Positions 35,601 to 49,239 of a stretch of DNA of 64,000 nt are shown here, piece after piece. The DNA is from Hypanus sabinus (Eukaryota). A program made the translations under genes and the position numbers. Each line of letters opens with the position of its first letter. Position 1 is the stretch's first letter. The stretch lies in assembly GCF_030144855.1 (NCBI RefSeq), contig NC_082706.1, positions 106,516,001-106,580,000 on the forward strand, given 5' to 3'. The notes under the pieces are model-generated. The model was not told where the DNA came from, did no database searches, and was given only the letters and a program-made list of their open reading frames with translations.

Positions 35601-37459
35601 TCAACATGATAGAAATTATAACTAATAGTCTCTGTCCTGCGGATTTCAGTTTACCTCTTGGAATGTCAGAGGATTAAAAAAAACGTGTCAAGTTAAAGCA
35701 AGTAATGAGTAGGATAAGACAGTTAAAAGCCAAAATTGTTTTTCTGCAGGAGACCTATTTAACCCCTGAAGATATAGTTAGAATAAGGGAGAGATGGCCG
35801 GGACAGGTTTTTTCACTGTCTTTTAACTCACACTCGGGGGGTGGGGGGGGGGGGCGTAATTACCCTTATACAGAAGTTGGCCTTTTCACCTTGTTAACGT
35901 TACCTGGCAATGTCAATCTGGCGGATACCTTATTATTCAATGTGAAATTTTCTCAACCAGGCTCAATTTGGTCAATGTGTATGGGACAAATGATGACAAT
36001 CCAGCTTTTTTCAGACATCTATTTTTATCATTAGCTGCTCTTTTGGGCTACCTTATTATGGGTGGTGATTTTAATTGTGCACATCAACCTGAACTAGACA
36101 GATCTAAGGGGAAAGATGCCTCTCACAATCAAACAAGAAATGAGTTATTGCAATGTGTTAAAGAATTTCATTTAGTTAATGCGTGGAGAAGGAAGTACCC
36201 AGATAAATTAGCTTTTTCTTGCTATTCTAGAACTTGCCAGACCTTTTCCAGAATCGATTATTATTTAGTTTCAGCTACCTTAATATCTACAATTTCAAGC
36301 TGCTGGTATGACAGCATATTAATTTCGGATCATGCTCCAGTTTCATTTACTTGGAACCAGCCTAATGCTTTACATTACTCCCCAAGGTGGCGGCTTCAAA
36401 ATATTTGGCTTAGGGTTCCAGAATTATAAAGATTTTTGGAGAACAGATAGACTACTATTTTGTAATTAATATGGACCAGACATCTGCGGCTATAAGAGCG
36501 GAAGCCTTTAAAGCTTTTCTAAGTGGTCAGATGATTAGATTCACCAGCTTTAAGCAGAATTTTTTTAGATTTGAAATAGAACAGCTCGAGAAAAGAATAA
36601 AAGCGACTATCTGAAATTTTTCAAAATCCCTCTCAGCAGCTATTTGCAGAACTTAACAAACTGAGAGCTAGATATAATGTATTGTCCATTGATAAGGTAA
36701 CAAAAAGTTTGATGAGATTGAAGCAATCCTATTATGAGCAGGGTGAAAAGGCTGGTAAACTCTTGGCCTGACATATCAAACAGATACAAACAGAAAGGAC
36801 AATCAGATGAGGGGGTGACAACTGGTGACCCAAAAGAAATAAATAATATCTTTTTGAGATTTTATCAAAATTTGTATACATCAGAATATTCAGATTCAAC
36901 TCCACAAATACAAAAAGAATTTCTGGATTTGCTAGAATTTACACCCCTGGATGAAACGTCCTTGACCTTGCTGGAGTATAACTTAGAGGATAAAGAATTG
37001 TCTGAAGCCATAACTAATATGAAGGGAGGGAAAAGTCCTGGGCCTGATGGCATTCCGATTGAAATATATAAAATCTTTAAAACTAAATTAATACCACCTC
37101 TGCTTGATATGTATCAGGAGTCATTTGATACTGGTTCCATCCCCCCCCCCCCCCTCTCTTACTATGGCAGTAATTACACTACTACTAAAACCTGGAAAAT
37201 CACCGTCCATAAGTGGATCTTATAGACCAATTTCACTTCTGAATAATGATCTCAAAATTCCTTGTAAGGTATTAGCTAGGAGGCTGGAGCCACTCTTGCC
37301 AAAGATGGTCCACCCTGACCAAAATGGTTTTGTTAAGGGAAGACAATGTTTCCACAACATCCGAAGAGTCTGGAAGCTCTGATAGTGGTATTCTGTCACT
37401 GGATACCGAGAAAGCTTTTGACAGAGTGGAATGGCAATGTTTGTTTAAAGTTTTAGAAA
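32697..37459 (-). mobile_element. L1-clade LINE with 5' inversion (3' part on minus 32697-35054; inverted part on plus 35055-37459)
   Basis: Minus strand: RT from FGIGGKF through GTRQGCPLSP and ALYTDD to the Cys-rich C-terminus, 3' UTR and poly(A) (T-run from ~32693). Plus strand: ORF1 end, SWNVRG endonuclease, and RT up to DTEKAFDRVEW..LFKVLE. Degenerate ~14-15-bp TSD gaagt(t/c)atac(c)tttt at 32682-32696 and 37460-37473; empty sites at ~678 and ~47262. Confidence 0.9.
32747..33031. mobile_element. Probable solo LTR inserted in the L1 3' UTR
   Basis: 285-bp GC-rich insert bounded by TG...CA, flanked by ACAC on both sides (32743-32746, 33032-33035), with an internal AATAAA at ~32958. Confidence 0.6.
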
Positions 37460-39764
37460 GAAGTCATACTTTTGGTACAAGAGCCTGATTGTGGAGGGGT
37501 AATACCTATTCCTGAACCTGGTGGTGTGAGTCCTGTAGCTCCTTTACGTGCTTCCTGACAGGAGCAGTGAGAGGAGAGCATGATCTGCAATTGGAGGGAG
37601 GCGAGCTGGGTGGTGTTTCTGATGTTTCTAAAACATCACTTCTTAAAACATTTCCTCACTGTGGATTTAAGTGATACTGGACTTTAGCCATTGAGGTAGG
37701 TTACCGTGTTCTTATTAGACCCCAGAATAAGTGGAGTCTGATTGAAGCAGATGGGTACATCAGCCAAAGTGAGAGGTTAAACATCAGTGAACAGTCCAGC
37801 CAGTTGATTAGCACTGGTCTTTAGTTCTTGGCCAGGTGTCATGTCTAGGCTGGATGATTTTCATGGGTTCATCTTCCTGAAGGCTGCCTGCACATCAGCC
37901 TCAGTGACTAAAACCACTCGATTATCTGGTGTTCTGAGTGTTTGTGATGGTTCCTCCATGTTTTGATGGTCAAAGCAAGCATAGAAGGCATTGCGTTCAT
38001 CTGGAAGTGAGCCCTGTTGTCACTTATGTCACTTGATTTTACTTTACAAGAAGTGATAGCATTAAAGCCCTGCCACAACTGTTGAGTATTCTTCATTGAT
38101 TCAGGTTTAGTCTGGCAATGCCATTTTGCCCATAAGGAGGCTTTCCAGAGAATGTACCAGGACCTCTTGTAACGTTATAGGTCACCACACGTGAATGCCT
38201 CTGATCTGGCCCTCAGCAAATTGCTGATTTCATGATTCATACAAGGCTTCTAGTAGGAGAAGTCACTGAATGATTTTGTGGTGACACACTCCTCTACAAC
38301 TGTTTTTCTAAAGTCCATGATGTAGGTGCACATTGAAGCTACATGGTGTAGGTGTATTTATTCAGATCCATAGATGAATCCTTGAAGATGGCCCCGTCCA
38401 CTCGAAGAAATTCCATATAACAGTAGCCACTCATCTGCCTCCCTTGATCAGCTTTTTGTTGTCCTAATCTCTGGAAATTATATCCAGCTCCTTGATTCGC
38501 CACCATTACAGCTTGTGATATCTGCATATTGTCTGTCAGTGAATAACGTGCAAAGGTATCCTGGGCCCTCTGAACATACACACCTTGCAAACTCCCATCA
38601 TTTGCAGGAAAGCTACTATTATGATGGATAAGATGAAGTGATATTTTCTACAGTTCATTCAGCAACAAGTATTCCATTGGGGGGTGGGGATAAAATGACC
38701 TATCAGTGCACAGCAGCAGCAGCCAGGCCAATGGCAGTACGGCTGGCTCTGAGGCTCAGCAGTGAAGTGTAAAATCAGGTAGACAGATAGGGATAGGAGA
38801 CTCAATAATTCAGGAATGAACAAGGGATTTGGTGGCCATTAAAAAGACACAGAATGGTGTGCTGCCTCCCAAGTGCTGGGATTAAGGATATCTCAGAGCA
38901 GCTGAGTAACCAGACAAAGGCCATGGTGCACGTTGACACCAATGACATGGTGAAAATGGGCAGGTGATTTTGCACATTGAGTATAGGGAGTTAGGGAATC
39001 CATTTTTTGTTCCACAATTTAACGAAAAATTCCTTTGCAGATGAGCCTGTGAGATGACAACTGTGAGTATGTCATCTGAGCATTCCTGTAACAATAGCCC
39101 TGATGAATAATGTATGAGTATTCCCTCCCCCTTCAATACCTCCTTCACTGTCATGTCTAAATCAGTGGAATGCCAGAACATTCAGTTGCCAGTCCTGCCC
39201 CTCCTGTAACCATGTCTCAATAATGGTTTCAATATCATATTCACACATGGATCCACTCTCTATGTGCATCAGCCTCACCTACGACTCTCCTTGTCTTCCA
39301 ATAGATGCAACACAGAATACTTATCCACCATGCTCAACCTTGCAGTTTCCATATCTGCTTAAAATCAAGAAATTCCACAGATGCTGGAAATACAAAGCAA
39401 TATCCACAAAATCTTTGCTTGTAGTCATTACATCTGTATTTTTTCCACAACCACTTCATTGCTGTCCTGCCACTCTGGATACCATCCCTCTTAAACATTA
39501 GTTTGAACACTTCCGAGCAGGATTAGCAAACCTTCCTGAAAGGATATTGGTTCCTCTCCAGTTTGGGTGAAACTGTCCTGTTTCCTGCCATCCCACCTTC
39601 CCTGGAATGGAGTTCAGTAATCCAAACACTCTGAAACCCTCCCCCGTGTACCATCTGCTAAGCCACGTGTTAAACTGCACTGTCTTCCTTATTTTTTGAT
39701 TCACTAGCATGGATAGCTTCCTGTGATCTCCATCTTGGGGGTCTTGTCTTATAACTTCATAGTT

Positions 39765-40071
39765 TAGGCATCTGTTAGTCTTGTGAGACCATGGAGTTGC
39801 ACCTTGGAAGGTTTCCAGGGTGCAGGCCTGGGCAGGGTTGTATGGGAGACCGTCAGTTGCCCAAGCTGCAAGCCTTCCCCTCTCCAAGCCACCAATGTTG
39901 TCCAAGGGAAGGGCACGAGGACCCAAGCAGGTTGGCACCGGTGTCGTCGCAGTGCAACCTGGTGTTCAGTGCCTTGCTCAAGGACACAACCACGCTGCCT
40001 CAGCTGAGGCTCCAACCAGTGACGTTCAGATCACTAGACTGATGCCTTATCCGCTAGGCCACGCACCAACA
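39765..40071 (-). mobile_element. tRNA-derived CORE-type SINE
   Basis: Minus strand: A-box TGGCCTAGCGG (40061-40051), B-box-like GGTTGGAGCC (40017-40008), CORE-like TGTGTCCTTGAGCAAGGCACTGAAC (39988-39964). Confidence 0.7.
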
Positions 40072-41577
40072 CAACTTCGCAGTAAAGAAAGAAGTTAGAA
40101 GAACTTAAACTCATAGAAGTTTATGAAATCATGAGGACTACAGTGGAGTCATAGCCTTTTCCCAGGATTGGAGAGTCCACAACTAGAGGTCCCTCATACA
40201 AAGCAATAGAGAAGAGAATTAAAAGAGCCCTAAAAGATAATTTCTTTATGCAGAGGACAGTGAGCTGCTTGAGGAAGTGGTTGAGTTCGTGCATTTGTAA
40301 TATTGAATATTGAATGGGTACATGGAAGGAAAGGTGTTGAAGGACTATGAATCAAATGCAGCAGCTGGAACTGGCAGGGAGGATGTTGTGGTCAGCATGG
40401 ACCATTGGGGCCAAAGGATCTATATCCATACTTTGTTACTCAATGGTTCTATGAAATAAAAATATAAAATGCTTAAAATACTCAAATGGACAGATGGCAT
40501 CTCTGTAAAGAGAAACAGAGTTAAGGGAAGTCAAAGATAGCATAAAGCAAAAGAGAGGGCAGGAAGTCTGCAAAAGGACTAGGACAGATTAGGAGAATGG
40601 ACGAAAAAGAGGCAGATGGAACATAGTGTAGGGAAATGTATGGCCATGCACTTTGGTAGAGAGAATAAAGACACAGACTGTTCTCTAAACAGAGAGAGAA
40701 TGCAGAAACTGAACGGGCAAGAAGACTTGAGTGTTCCAGTGCAAAATTCCCTAAAGGGTAACTTGCTCTTTGAGTCAGTAGTGGAGGACAGAAATGCGAT
40801 GATAGCAATCACTTCAAGAAGACTGGAATGTACTCAGAATAGAATGAGAATCAGGTTTGTATCACTGGCATAGGTCATGAATTTTGTTATTTTGCAACTG
40901 CAGTACAATGCAATATGTAATAAAAACCATAAATTACAATAAGATATATATTAAATTAAATAAGTAGAGATTAAGAGAGCAAAGCAAGAAAACAATAGTG
41001 AGGTAGTTTGTGTGGATTCATGGTCCATTCAGAAATCTGATAAAAGCAAAATTGTAATTTTGAGTCTTTATAAGACATTGGTAGACTGTATATGGAGTAT
41101 TGTGAATAATCTGGGAGTCCATATCCAAGCAAGAATCTCCTGGCATTGGAGAGAGTCCAGAGGAGGTTTAAGAGAATGGATCCAGGAATGAAAGGGTTAA
41201 TATATAATGAAAGTTTGATGGCTCTGGGCTGTTCTTACTGGAGCTTAGAAAAATCAGGGGATATCTCTTTGAAACCTACCCAATATTTAAGTGCCTGGAC
41301 AATGGGAGGAATTTTCCAATAGCGGGGGACTCCAGGACCAAAGGGCACAGACACATAATAGGACATCCCTTCAGAACAGATACGAACAGGAATTTCCCTG
41401 AATCTGTGAAATTCAGTGCCATAAACGGCTATAGAGGACAGGTTATTTGCTTTATTAAAAGCCGAGGCTGATAGGTACTTGGTTAGTCATGGTGTCAAAG
41501 GTTACTCGGAAAAGACAATAAAAATAGAGCTGAAAGAGAAAATGAATCAGATATGTTTAAATGGCTGAGCTGACTCA

Positions 41578-44500
41578 TAGAAACATAGAAAACCTACAGC
41601 ACAATACAGGCCTTTCAGCCCACAATGCCGTCCCAAACATGTATTCACTTTGGAAATTAACTGGGGTTACTCATAGCCCTCTGTTTTCTAAGCTCCATGT
41701 ACCTCTCCAGGAGTCTTTTAAAAGACACTTTTGTATTTGTCTCCACCACCATTGCTGGCAGCCCATTCCACACACTCACCACCCTCTGCGTAAAAAACTT
41801 ACCCCCTGACATTTCCTCTGTACCTACTTTGAAGCACCTTGAAACTGTGCCTTCTTATGCTAGTCATTTCAGCCCTGGGAAAAATCCTCTGACTATCCAC
41901 ACGATCAATGCCTCTCATCATCTTGTACACCTCTATCAGGTCACCTCGAATCCTGCATCACTTCAAGGAGAAATGCCCAAGTTCACTCAACCTATTCTCA
42001 TAAGGCATGCTCCCCAATCCAGGCAACATCCTTGTAAATCTCCCCTGCACCCTTTCTATTTTTTCCACATTCTTCTTGTAGTGAGATGACCAGAATTGAG
42101 CACAGTACTCCAAGTGGGGTCACACCAGGGTCCTATACAGTGGCAACATTACCTCTTAGCTCTTAAACTCAGTCTCACAATTTATGAAGGCCAATGCATT
42201 GTATGCCTTCTTAACCACAGGGTGAACCTGCATAGCAGCTTTCAGTGTCCTATGAACTTGAACCCCAAGATCCCTCTGATCCTCCACACTGCCTAGAGAC
42301 TTACCATTAATACTATATTCTGCCATCATATAAGTCACTGCCAAGAGACTTACCAAAATGAACCACCTCAGACTTTTCTGGATTGAACTCCATCTGCCAG
42401 TTCACAGCTCAGTTTTGCATCCTATCAATGCCCAGCTGTAACCTCTGACAGGCTTCCACACTATCCACAACACCCCTATGTGTCATCAGCAAATTTACTA
42501 ACTCATTCTTCCACTTCTCATCTAGGTCATTCATAAAAATCCCAAAGACTAGGGGTCCCAGAACAGATCCCTGAGGTACCCCAGTGGTCACCAACCTTCA
42601 TGCAGAATATGACCTGTCCACAACCATTCTTTGCTTTCTGTGGGCAAGCCAATTCTGAATCCACAAAGCAATGTCCCTTGGGTCACATGCCTCCTTACTG
42701 TCTCAATGAGCCTTGCATGGGGTACCTTATCCAATGCCTTACTGAAATCCATATACACTACATCTACTGCTCTACCTTTATCAATGTGTTTAATCACACC
42801 CTCAAACAATTCAATCAGGCTCGTGAGGCACAACCTACCTTTCATAAAGCCATGCTAACAATTCCTAATCGTATTAGCCTCTCCAAATGTTCATAAACCA
42901 AACTCTCAGGATCTTCTCCATCAAATTATCAACCACTGAAGGAAGACTCACTGGTCTATAATGTCCTGGGCTATCTCGACTCACTTTCTTGAATCAGGGA
43001 ACAACATCCGCAACCCTCTAATCCTCCGGAATCTCTCCTGTTCTCATTGACAATGCAAAGATCATCTCCAGAGGCTCAGCAATCTCCTCCTTCATTTCCC
43101 ACAGTTGCCTGGGGTTCATCTCGTCCGGTTCCAGTGACTTATCCAACTCAATGCTTTCCAAAAGCTCCAGAACAATATCTGCATGCTCAAGCTTTTCAGT
43201 CCACTGTAAGTCATCCCTACAATCACCAAGTTCCTTTTCTGTAGTAAATACAGAAGCAAAGTATTCATTAAACACCTCAGCTATCTCCTCTGGTTCCACA
43301 CACACTTTTCCACTGTCACACTTGATTGGTCCTATTCTCTCACATCTTATCCTCTTGGTCTTCACATATTTGTAGAATGCCTTGGGGTTTTCCTTAATCC
43401 CATCTGCCAAGGCCTTCTCACTGCCCGTTCTGGCTTTCCTTAATTGATTCTTAATCTCTTTCCTGCTAGCCTTATAATCTTCTTGATTTCTATCATACCT
43501 AGTTTTTTGAATCTATCGTAAGCTCTTCTTTTATTCTTAACTAGATTTACAACAGTCTTTGTACACCACAGTTCCTGTACCCTACCAGCCTTTTCCTGTC
43601 TCATTGAAATATACCTATGCAGAACCCCACACAAATATCCCCTGAACATTTGTAACATTTCTTCTGTACATTTCCCTGAGAAAATCTGTTTTCAATTTAT
43701 GCCTCCAAGTTCCTGCCTGATAGCCTCTTATTTCCCCTTACACTTCGTAACTTGTCTGTTACTATCCTTCTACAATGCTCTGGTAAAGGAGATAGAATTG
43801 TAATTACCATCTCCAAAATGCTCTCCCACTGACAGATCTGACACCTCACCAGGTTAATTTCACAATACCAGATCAAGTACAGCCTCTCCTCTTGTAGGCT
43901 TATCTACATATTGTGTCAAAAAACCTTCCCAAACACAGCTAACAAATTCTACCCCATCTAAACCTCTCACTCTAGGGAGATGCCAATCTATATTTTGGAA
44001 ATTAAAACCTCCCACCACAACATCCTTCTTATTAACACACCTTTCTAGAATCTGTCTCCCTATCTGCTGCTCGATATCCCTGTTGCTATTGGGTGCTCGA
44101 TAAAAAACACCCAGTAGAGTTATTGACCTTTTCCTGTTCCTAACTTCCACCCACAGAGACTCCATAGACAATTCCTACATAACTTCCTCCTTTTCTGGAG
44201 CTGTGACACTAGAACCATAGAACCATAGAACATTACAGCACAGAAACAGGCCTTTTGGCCCTTCTTGGCTGTGCCGAACCATTTTTCTGCCTAGTCCCAC
44301 TGACCTGCACCTGGGCCATATCCCTCCAAATCCCTCTCATCCATATACCTGTCCAAGTTTTTCTTACATGTCAAAAGTGAGCCCACATTCACCACTTCAA
44401 CTGGCAGCTCATTCCACACTCCCACCACTCTCTGCGTCAACTCCTTCAACTCTCTAAAGAGCTGCTGCTCGATGCACCTGGCGCAGAGGTGGCCGTTCGG

Positions 44501-44731
44501 GAGGCCGGGTGTCTCCAGGATTTCCTATATCTGACACCGAGAACAGAACACCGGCCTCACACACATACTTCCTGTCTGTATTCTACACAGATAACCTACC
44601 TGCCCTCGACCCGTATTCGCCGAAGCCCCGTTCAGCCTTCCTACTCTGTCTCCCTCTACTCCGACGCCCGCTCCTCGGACTCCCGCTCTATAAAGCTGAC
44701 TTCTTTTAAACTCTTCTCGCTGTTCTCACTG
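41578..44731 (-). mobile_element. Composite CR1 insertion, unique to the V2-V3 interval
   Basis: ORF2 remnants (SLWVEVRNRK, ENPKAFYKY, YMDFSKALDKVPH); tail tagaaacatagaaa at ~41578; second tail (catagaac)n at ~44211-44231; 9-bp TSD GCTGACTCA (41569-41577, 44732-44740); empty site at 19428-19440. Confidence 0.85.
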
Positions 44732-46065
44732 GCTGACTCAATGGATCGAATGACCTAATCCTGCACCGATGTCTTGTCTTCTTACGGCTGGGAGAGCGAT
44801 TGCAGTCGGAGAATGTACAGAAGAAGTTCTTTATTCGATTAACTGAACCTGCGCTAAAGGAGTTATCAAAAGAAAAAAATGTTAACGAATGAGTTAAGGA
44901 CGTGGTTTGCGGGATGTTTCCAACTACGACTTGGGTAGTTATGGCACTTGGATGTTTACAGAAAGAGGGGCCTGGGCATTCAATAAAGGACATACACTGC
45001 CTCGGCACGACGGTAGCCCAGCGATTGGCGCGACGCTATTACAGCTCTGGGTTGTAAATTGTTCGGTGATCAGGTTAGGGTTAATAGGATTTGTCGGGAG
45101 GGTCTATCGCTAAATAAACAAACAGATATCGTGCTTTCAAAATATTCCAACGAAAGCTAATGTAAACAAACATTTACTAACAGGTTTTGCCCAGTTGGAA
45201 TCATTAAAACCACGTTCACAGGGAAAGATGAAGAGATTCACAGACATGTTGCAGATGGCATTCGGTTCATCAAACATCCCACCCAACGGAACCGACAGGG
45301 AATACGGTCGCAGTGACAGGGGAACAGGAGGCGCAAGATTACACAAAGTGAAGGCCAAGATGCTGAATTCGGGGGAGTCTGGTTGAATTATCTCCATGTA
45401 CTCCTGCCGTCTGAAGGCGCCGAGTAACACCCCTTCCTCACCGCTCACTGAAGCCACTTGCTCCAACTGTGGTGTTGGGGGGAATTTGTACGTTGTTCCT
45501 GTGACCGGGTGGGTTTCCTCCGGCTGCTCCGGTTTCCTCCCACGTTCAAAACACGTATGGGTTAGCAGGCGCCCAAAACAACACACACAAAATGCTGGAG
45601 AAACTCAGCAGGCCAAGCAGTGTTTACGGAAAAGAGTAAATAGTCGATGTTTCGGGCCGAAACTCTTTTTCAGGACTGGAAAGGAAGGGGAGAAATCAGC
45701 GTGAGAAGTCATTCAGCATCATCACAATTTCTCCTGTTTGCGGGTTATTAGGTTAATTGATCACATGGATGTAATTGAATGACGCGGGCTTGTTGGCCCG
45801 AAAGACCTTTTACTGTGATGTGTTTCTTCATGTTAAGCGAGAGCAAGTTCGAACCCAAAAAAACTCGTCTAATGAACTGCTGTGGAATTCTACCAAAATC
45901 TCATTTCATGCAGAGGAAGTAATAGTGTGTCGTTTTCAAATAGGGTTTGGAAGGCGGGGTCTGTGACACGTTGACAGAAAGTGGGACGTGAAGCGTGGTG
46001 TTATTTATAACTAGCCAGGCTACATCTAAATCTGTGTCACATTCAGTCACAACTCGACAAACAAC

Positions 46066-46105
46066 ATGCAGCTGGGTTGCGTGGCTTTTGTGATACTTTT
46101 TCTCC
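46066..46105 (+). CDS. TRGV: TCR gamma-type V3 leader exon
   Basis: Identical to the V2 leader; donor 46106, acceptor ends 46189. Confidence 0.9.
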
Positions 46106-46189
46106 GTTAGTTGATTGATTTTCATCCACTTACACTCTGTTTGTTTCAGTCTTTCAAACATGTTATGACTTTGATTTCTGTTTCCACAG

Positions 46190-46489
46190 GCAGATGTCTC
46201 GGTGCTGAATTGATACAGTCTCCGATGTCCATTACCCGAAATGAGGGCAAAACGGCTAGAATGACCTGTGATCTGGGCACAGCGAACACGGACGACATGC
46301 ACTGGTATCTGCAGCCAGATGGGCAACGCCCGGTCTTGATCCTTTATTACAATAAAGGAAGCACCGTACGCGAGGATGGATTTGATAATAGATTTACAGC
46401 GAAGAATGTTGGAGAAAAGCAGTATTCTCTAACTGTGACCTCTTTCAAGAAACACGATTCCGGCACCTATTACTGTGCTTATTGGGACC
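46190..46489 (+). CDS. TRGV: TCR gamma-type V3 exon (open)
   Basis: AELIQSP...MTCDLG...MHWYLQ...LILYY...HDSGTYYCAYWD. Confidence 0.88.
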
Positions 46490-46528
46490 CACACAGTTAA
46501 ACTGCAACCGGTGCCGCTGACAAAAACT
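46490..46528 (+). other. RSS of V3 (23-RSS)
   Basis: CACACAG + 23 bp + ACAAAAACT (46520-46528); alternative CACAGTT + 21 bp. Confidence 0.85.
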
Positions 46529-49239
46529 CTTCCTCAGCGTAGAGGTCGCACGAATCATTTCCGACTCAGCGAATTCGCAGTTTATGCCATAAATTCCATC
46601 ACCTTTCTTCGGATAAAGAACTCTTTCCAATTCTACGGAAGTTACCCGATCTCCCTCATCGACAGGTCATCACTTACACCTGTCATTCGAGAACAGGGAG
46701 TTGGGAGAATATTTCACCAGGGTACGAGTGCTCAGACTAGAGCAGATAGTTTTAAAGTGAGAGGGGAAAGATCTAAAAGAGACCTGTGTGGTATGTTTTT
46801 CAGGGAAAGGACGGTGGGTACAGGCAACAAGCTGCCAGAGGAAGAGTTAGAGGCAGGAACCATCCAGAGATTTAAAAGTCATTTGGGGATCTACATGGAT
46901 AAGAAAGGTTCCGAGAAATAAGGGTTAAATGCATGTAAACAGAACTGGTTTAAGTGGGTAACTTGCTCGGTAAGGACGAGTTGGGCCGAAGGGCCTGATT
47001 CTATGCTGTCGATCTCAATGGCTCTTAGAATTACTTCAGATCTCTGCACGGTCGCCACTCACGCTCCTTTATTCCGTGGAAAACATTCCCGACCTATCCG
47101 ACCTCGAAAACTAAAGCCTCCAATCCCAGAAACACACCTTCTGCATCCTCTCCAGTTCAATCACATCCAAATATTTAAGCAATAAATAATGACAAAATGA
47201 GGTGAAAAAACCTTTAAAGTGACTCCATGTGTTGTGGGAACATTTCAGTGATGGGGCAAGTGTAGTCATACCTTTTGGTACAAGAGCCTGATTGTGGAGG
47301 GGTAATACCTTTCCCTCAACCTGGTGGTGTGAGTTCTGTAGCTCCAGTATGTGCTTCCTTACGGGAGCAGTGAGAGGAGAGCATGACCTGCAATGTGGAG
47401 GGGGTGGGGTGGGTGGGTGTTTCTGATGACGGATGTTGTTTTCCTTAAAACATTTTCTCACTGTGGATTTAAGTGATACTGGACTTTAGTCATTGAGGCA
47501 GCGTACCGTGTTCTTCTTAGGCACCAGAATAAGTGGAGTCTGATTGAAGCAGATAGATACATCAAAGTGAGAGGTTAAACATCAGTGAACAGTCCAGATA
47601 GTTGATTAGCACTGGTCTTTAGTTCTTGGCCAGGTATCATGTCTAGGCTGGATGATTTTCACGGGTTCATCTTCCTCTGAGGCCCACACATCAGCCTCAG
47701 AGACAAAAATCACTCAATCATCTGGTGTTCTGAGTGTTTGAGATGGTTCCTCCATGTTTTGATGGTCAAAGCAAGCATAGAAGGAATTGTGTTCATCTGA
47801 AAATGAGCCCTGTTGTCACCTATGTCACTTGATTTTACTTTATAAGAGGTGATAGCATTAAAGCCCTGCCACAACTATTGAGTATCCTTTGTTGATTCAG
47901 ATTTAGTCTGGCATTGCCACTTTGCCTGTGATGTGGCTTTCAAGAGAATGTACTTGGACCTCTTGTAACTTTTTTGGTCACCTGGCCCTCAGCAAATTGC
48001 TGATTTCATGGTTCATACAAGGCTTCTGGCAGGAGAAGAATCTGAATGATTTTTTGTGGACACACTCCCCTACAACTGTTTTTCTAAAGTCCATGATGTA
48101 GGTGCACATTGAGCCTACATGGTGTAGGTGTATTTATTCAGATCCATAGATGAGTCCCTGAAAAAGGCCCCGTCAACTCGAAGGAATCCCTTATAGCAAT
48201 AGTCGCTCATCTGCCTCCCTCGACCACCTCTTTGTTCTCCTATAGTCTGGAAATTATATCCAGTTCCTTGATTTGCCACCCTCATTCTTTATTTTATCTG
48301 GATATTGTCTTTCAGTGAATAATGCGCAAAAGTTTCCTGGGCCTTCTGAACATACGCACCTTGCAAACTCCTATCATTTGCAGGAAAGCTAATATAGGGT
48401 GACATCATATTTTCTACAGAACGACCTACCAGTGCACAGCAGCAGCAGCCAGGCCAATGGCAGTATGGCTGGCTCTGAGGCTCAGCAGTGAAGGCTAAAA
48501 TCAGGTAGAGAGATAGGGATAGGAGACTCAATAATTCAGAAATGAACAAGAGATTTGTTTGCCATGACAAAGATAGAGAACCGTGTGCTGCCTCCCAAGT
48601 GCCAGGATCAAGGAGGACTCAGAGCAGCTGCAGAAGAGGTTGGCTAATCAGACAAAGGCCGTGGTGCATGTTGACACCAATGACGTAGGTGAAAACAAGG
48701 AAGAGATTTTGCACAGTGGCTGCAGAGCATGAGTAATCTCTGGATTACTCCCAGTTCCGCATGCTAGTTAGGGCAGGAAAAGGATGAATGAGTGGTTGAG
48801 GATCTGGTGTAGGGAGGCAGGGTTTCAAATTGGTGGATCATTGGGATCTCATCCTGGGAAGTTATGCATTTTAGAAAAATGATCGGTTAAACGTGAACCC
48901 AAGGGGGATCAATATCTTTGTGAGTAGATTTGCACGAGTTGTTGGAGTAGGTTTAAACTAAGTTAGCAGGAGATTAGGAACAGGAGTGATGGGGCTGAGG
49001 ATGGGGCAGTCGATGCAGAGTGTCGCGACACTCTGAGGAAGGATAGGCAGATGATACAAAGGCTGATGCTCTCTCCTGTCAGTTTGATGTCTCTGAGGTC
49101 AACGCCAATCTAGGTCACGTCCTTCCTTGAACAAGCATAGCTGTTCCAGTGATTTGGGGAATACAAACAGGTGAGGACTGCTGAACTGTCAGATCCAGGC
49201 CCAGGTGGAGAAGTTCCTAACCAGCTGTTTGTGCCGGCC

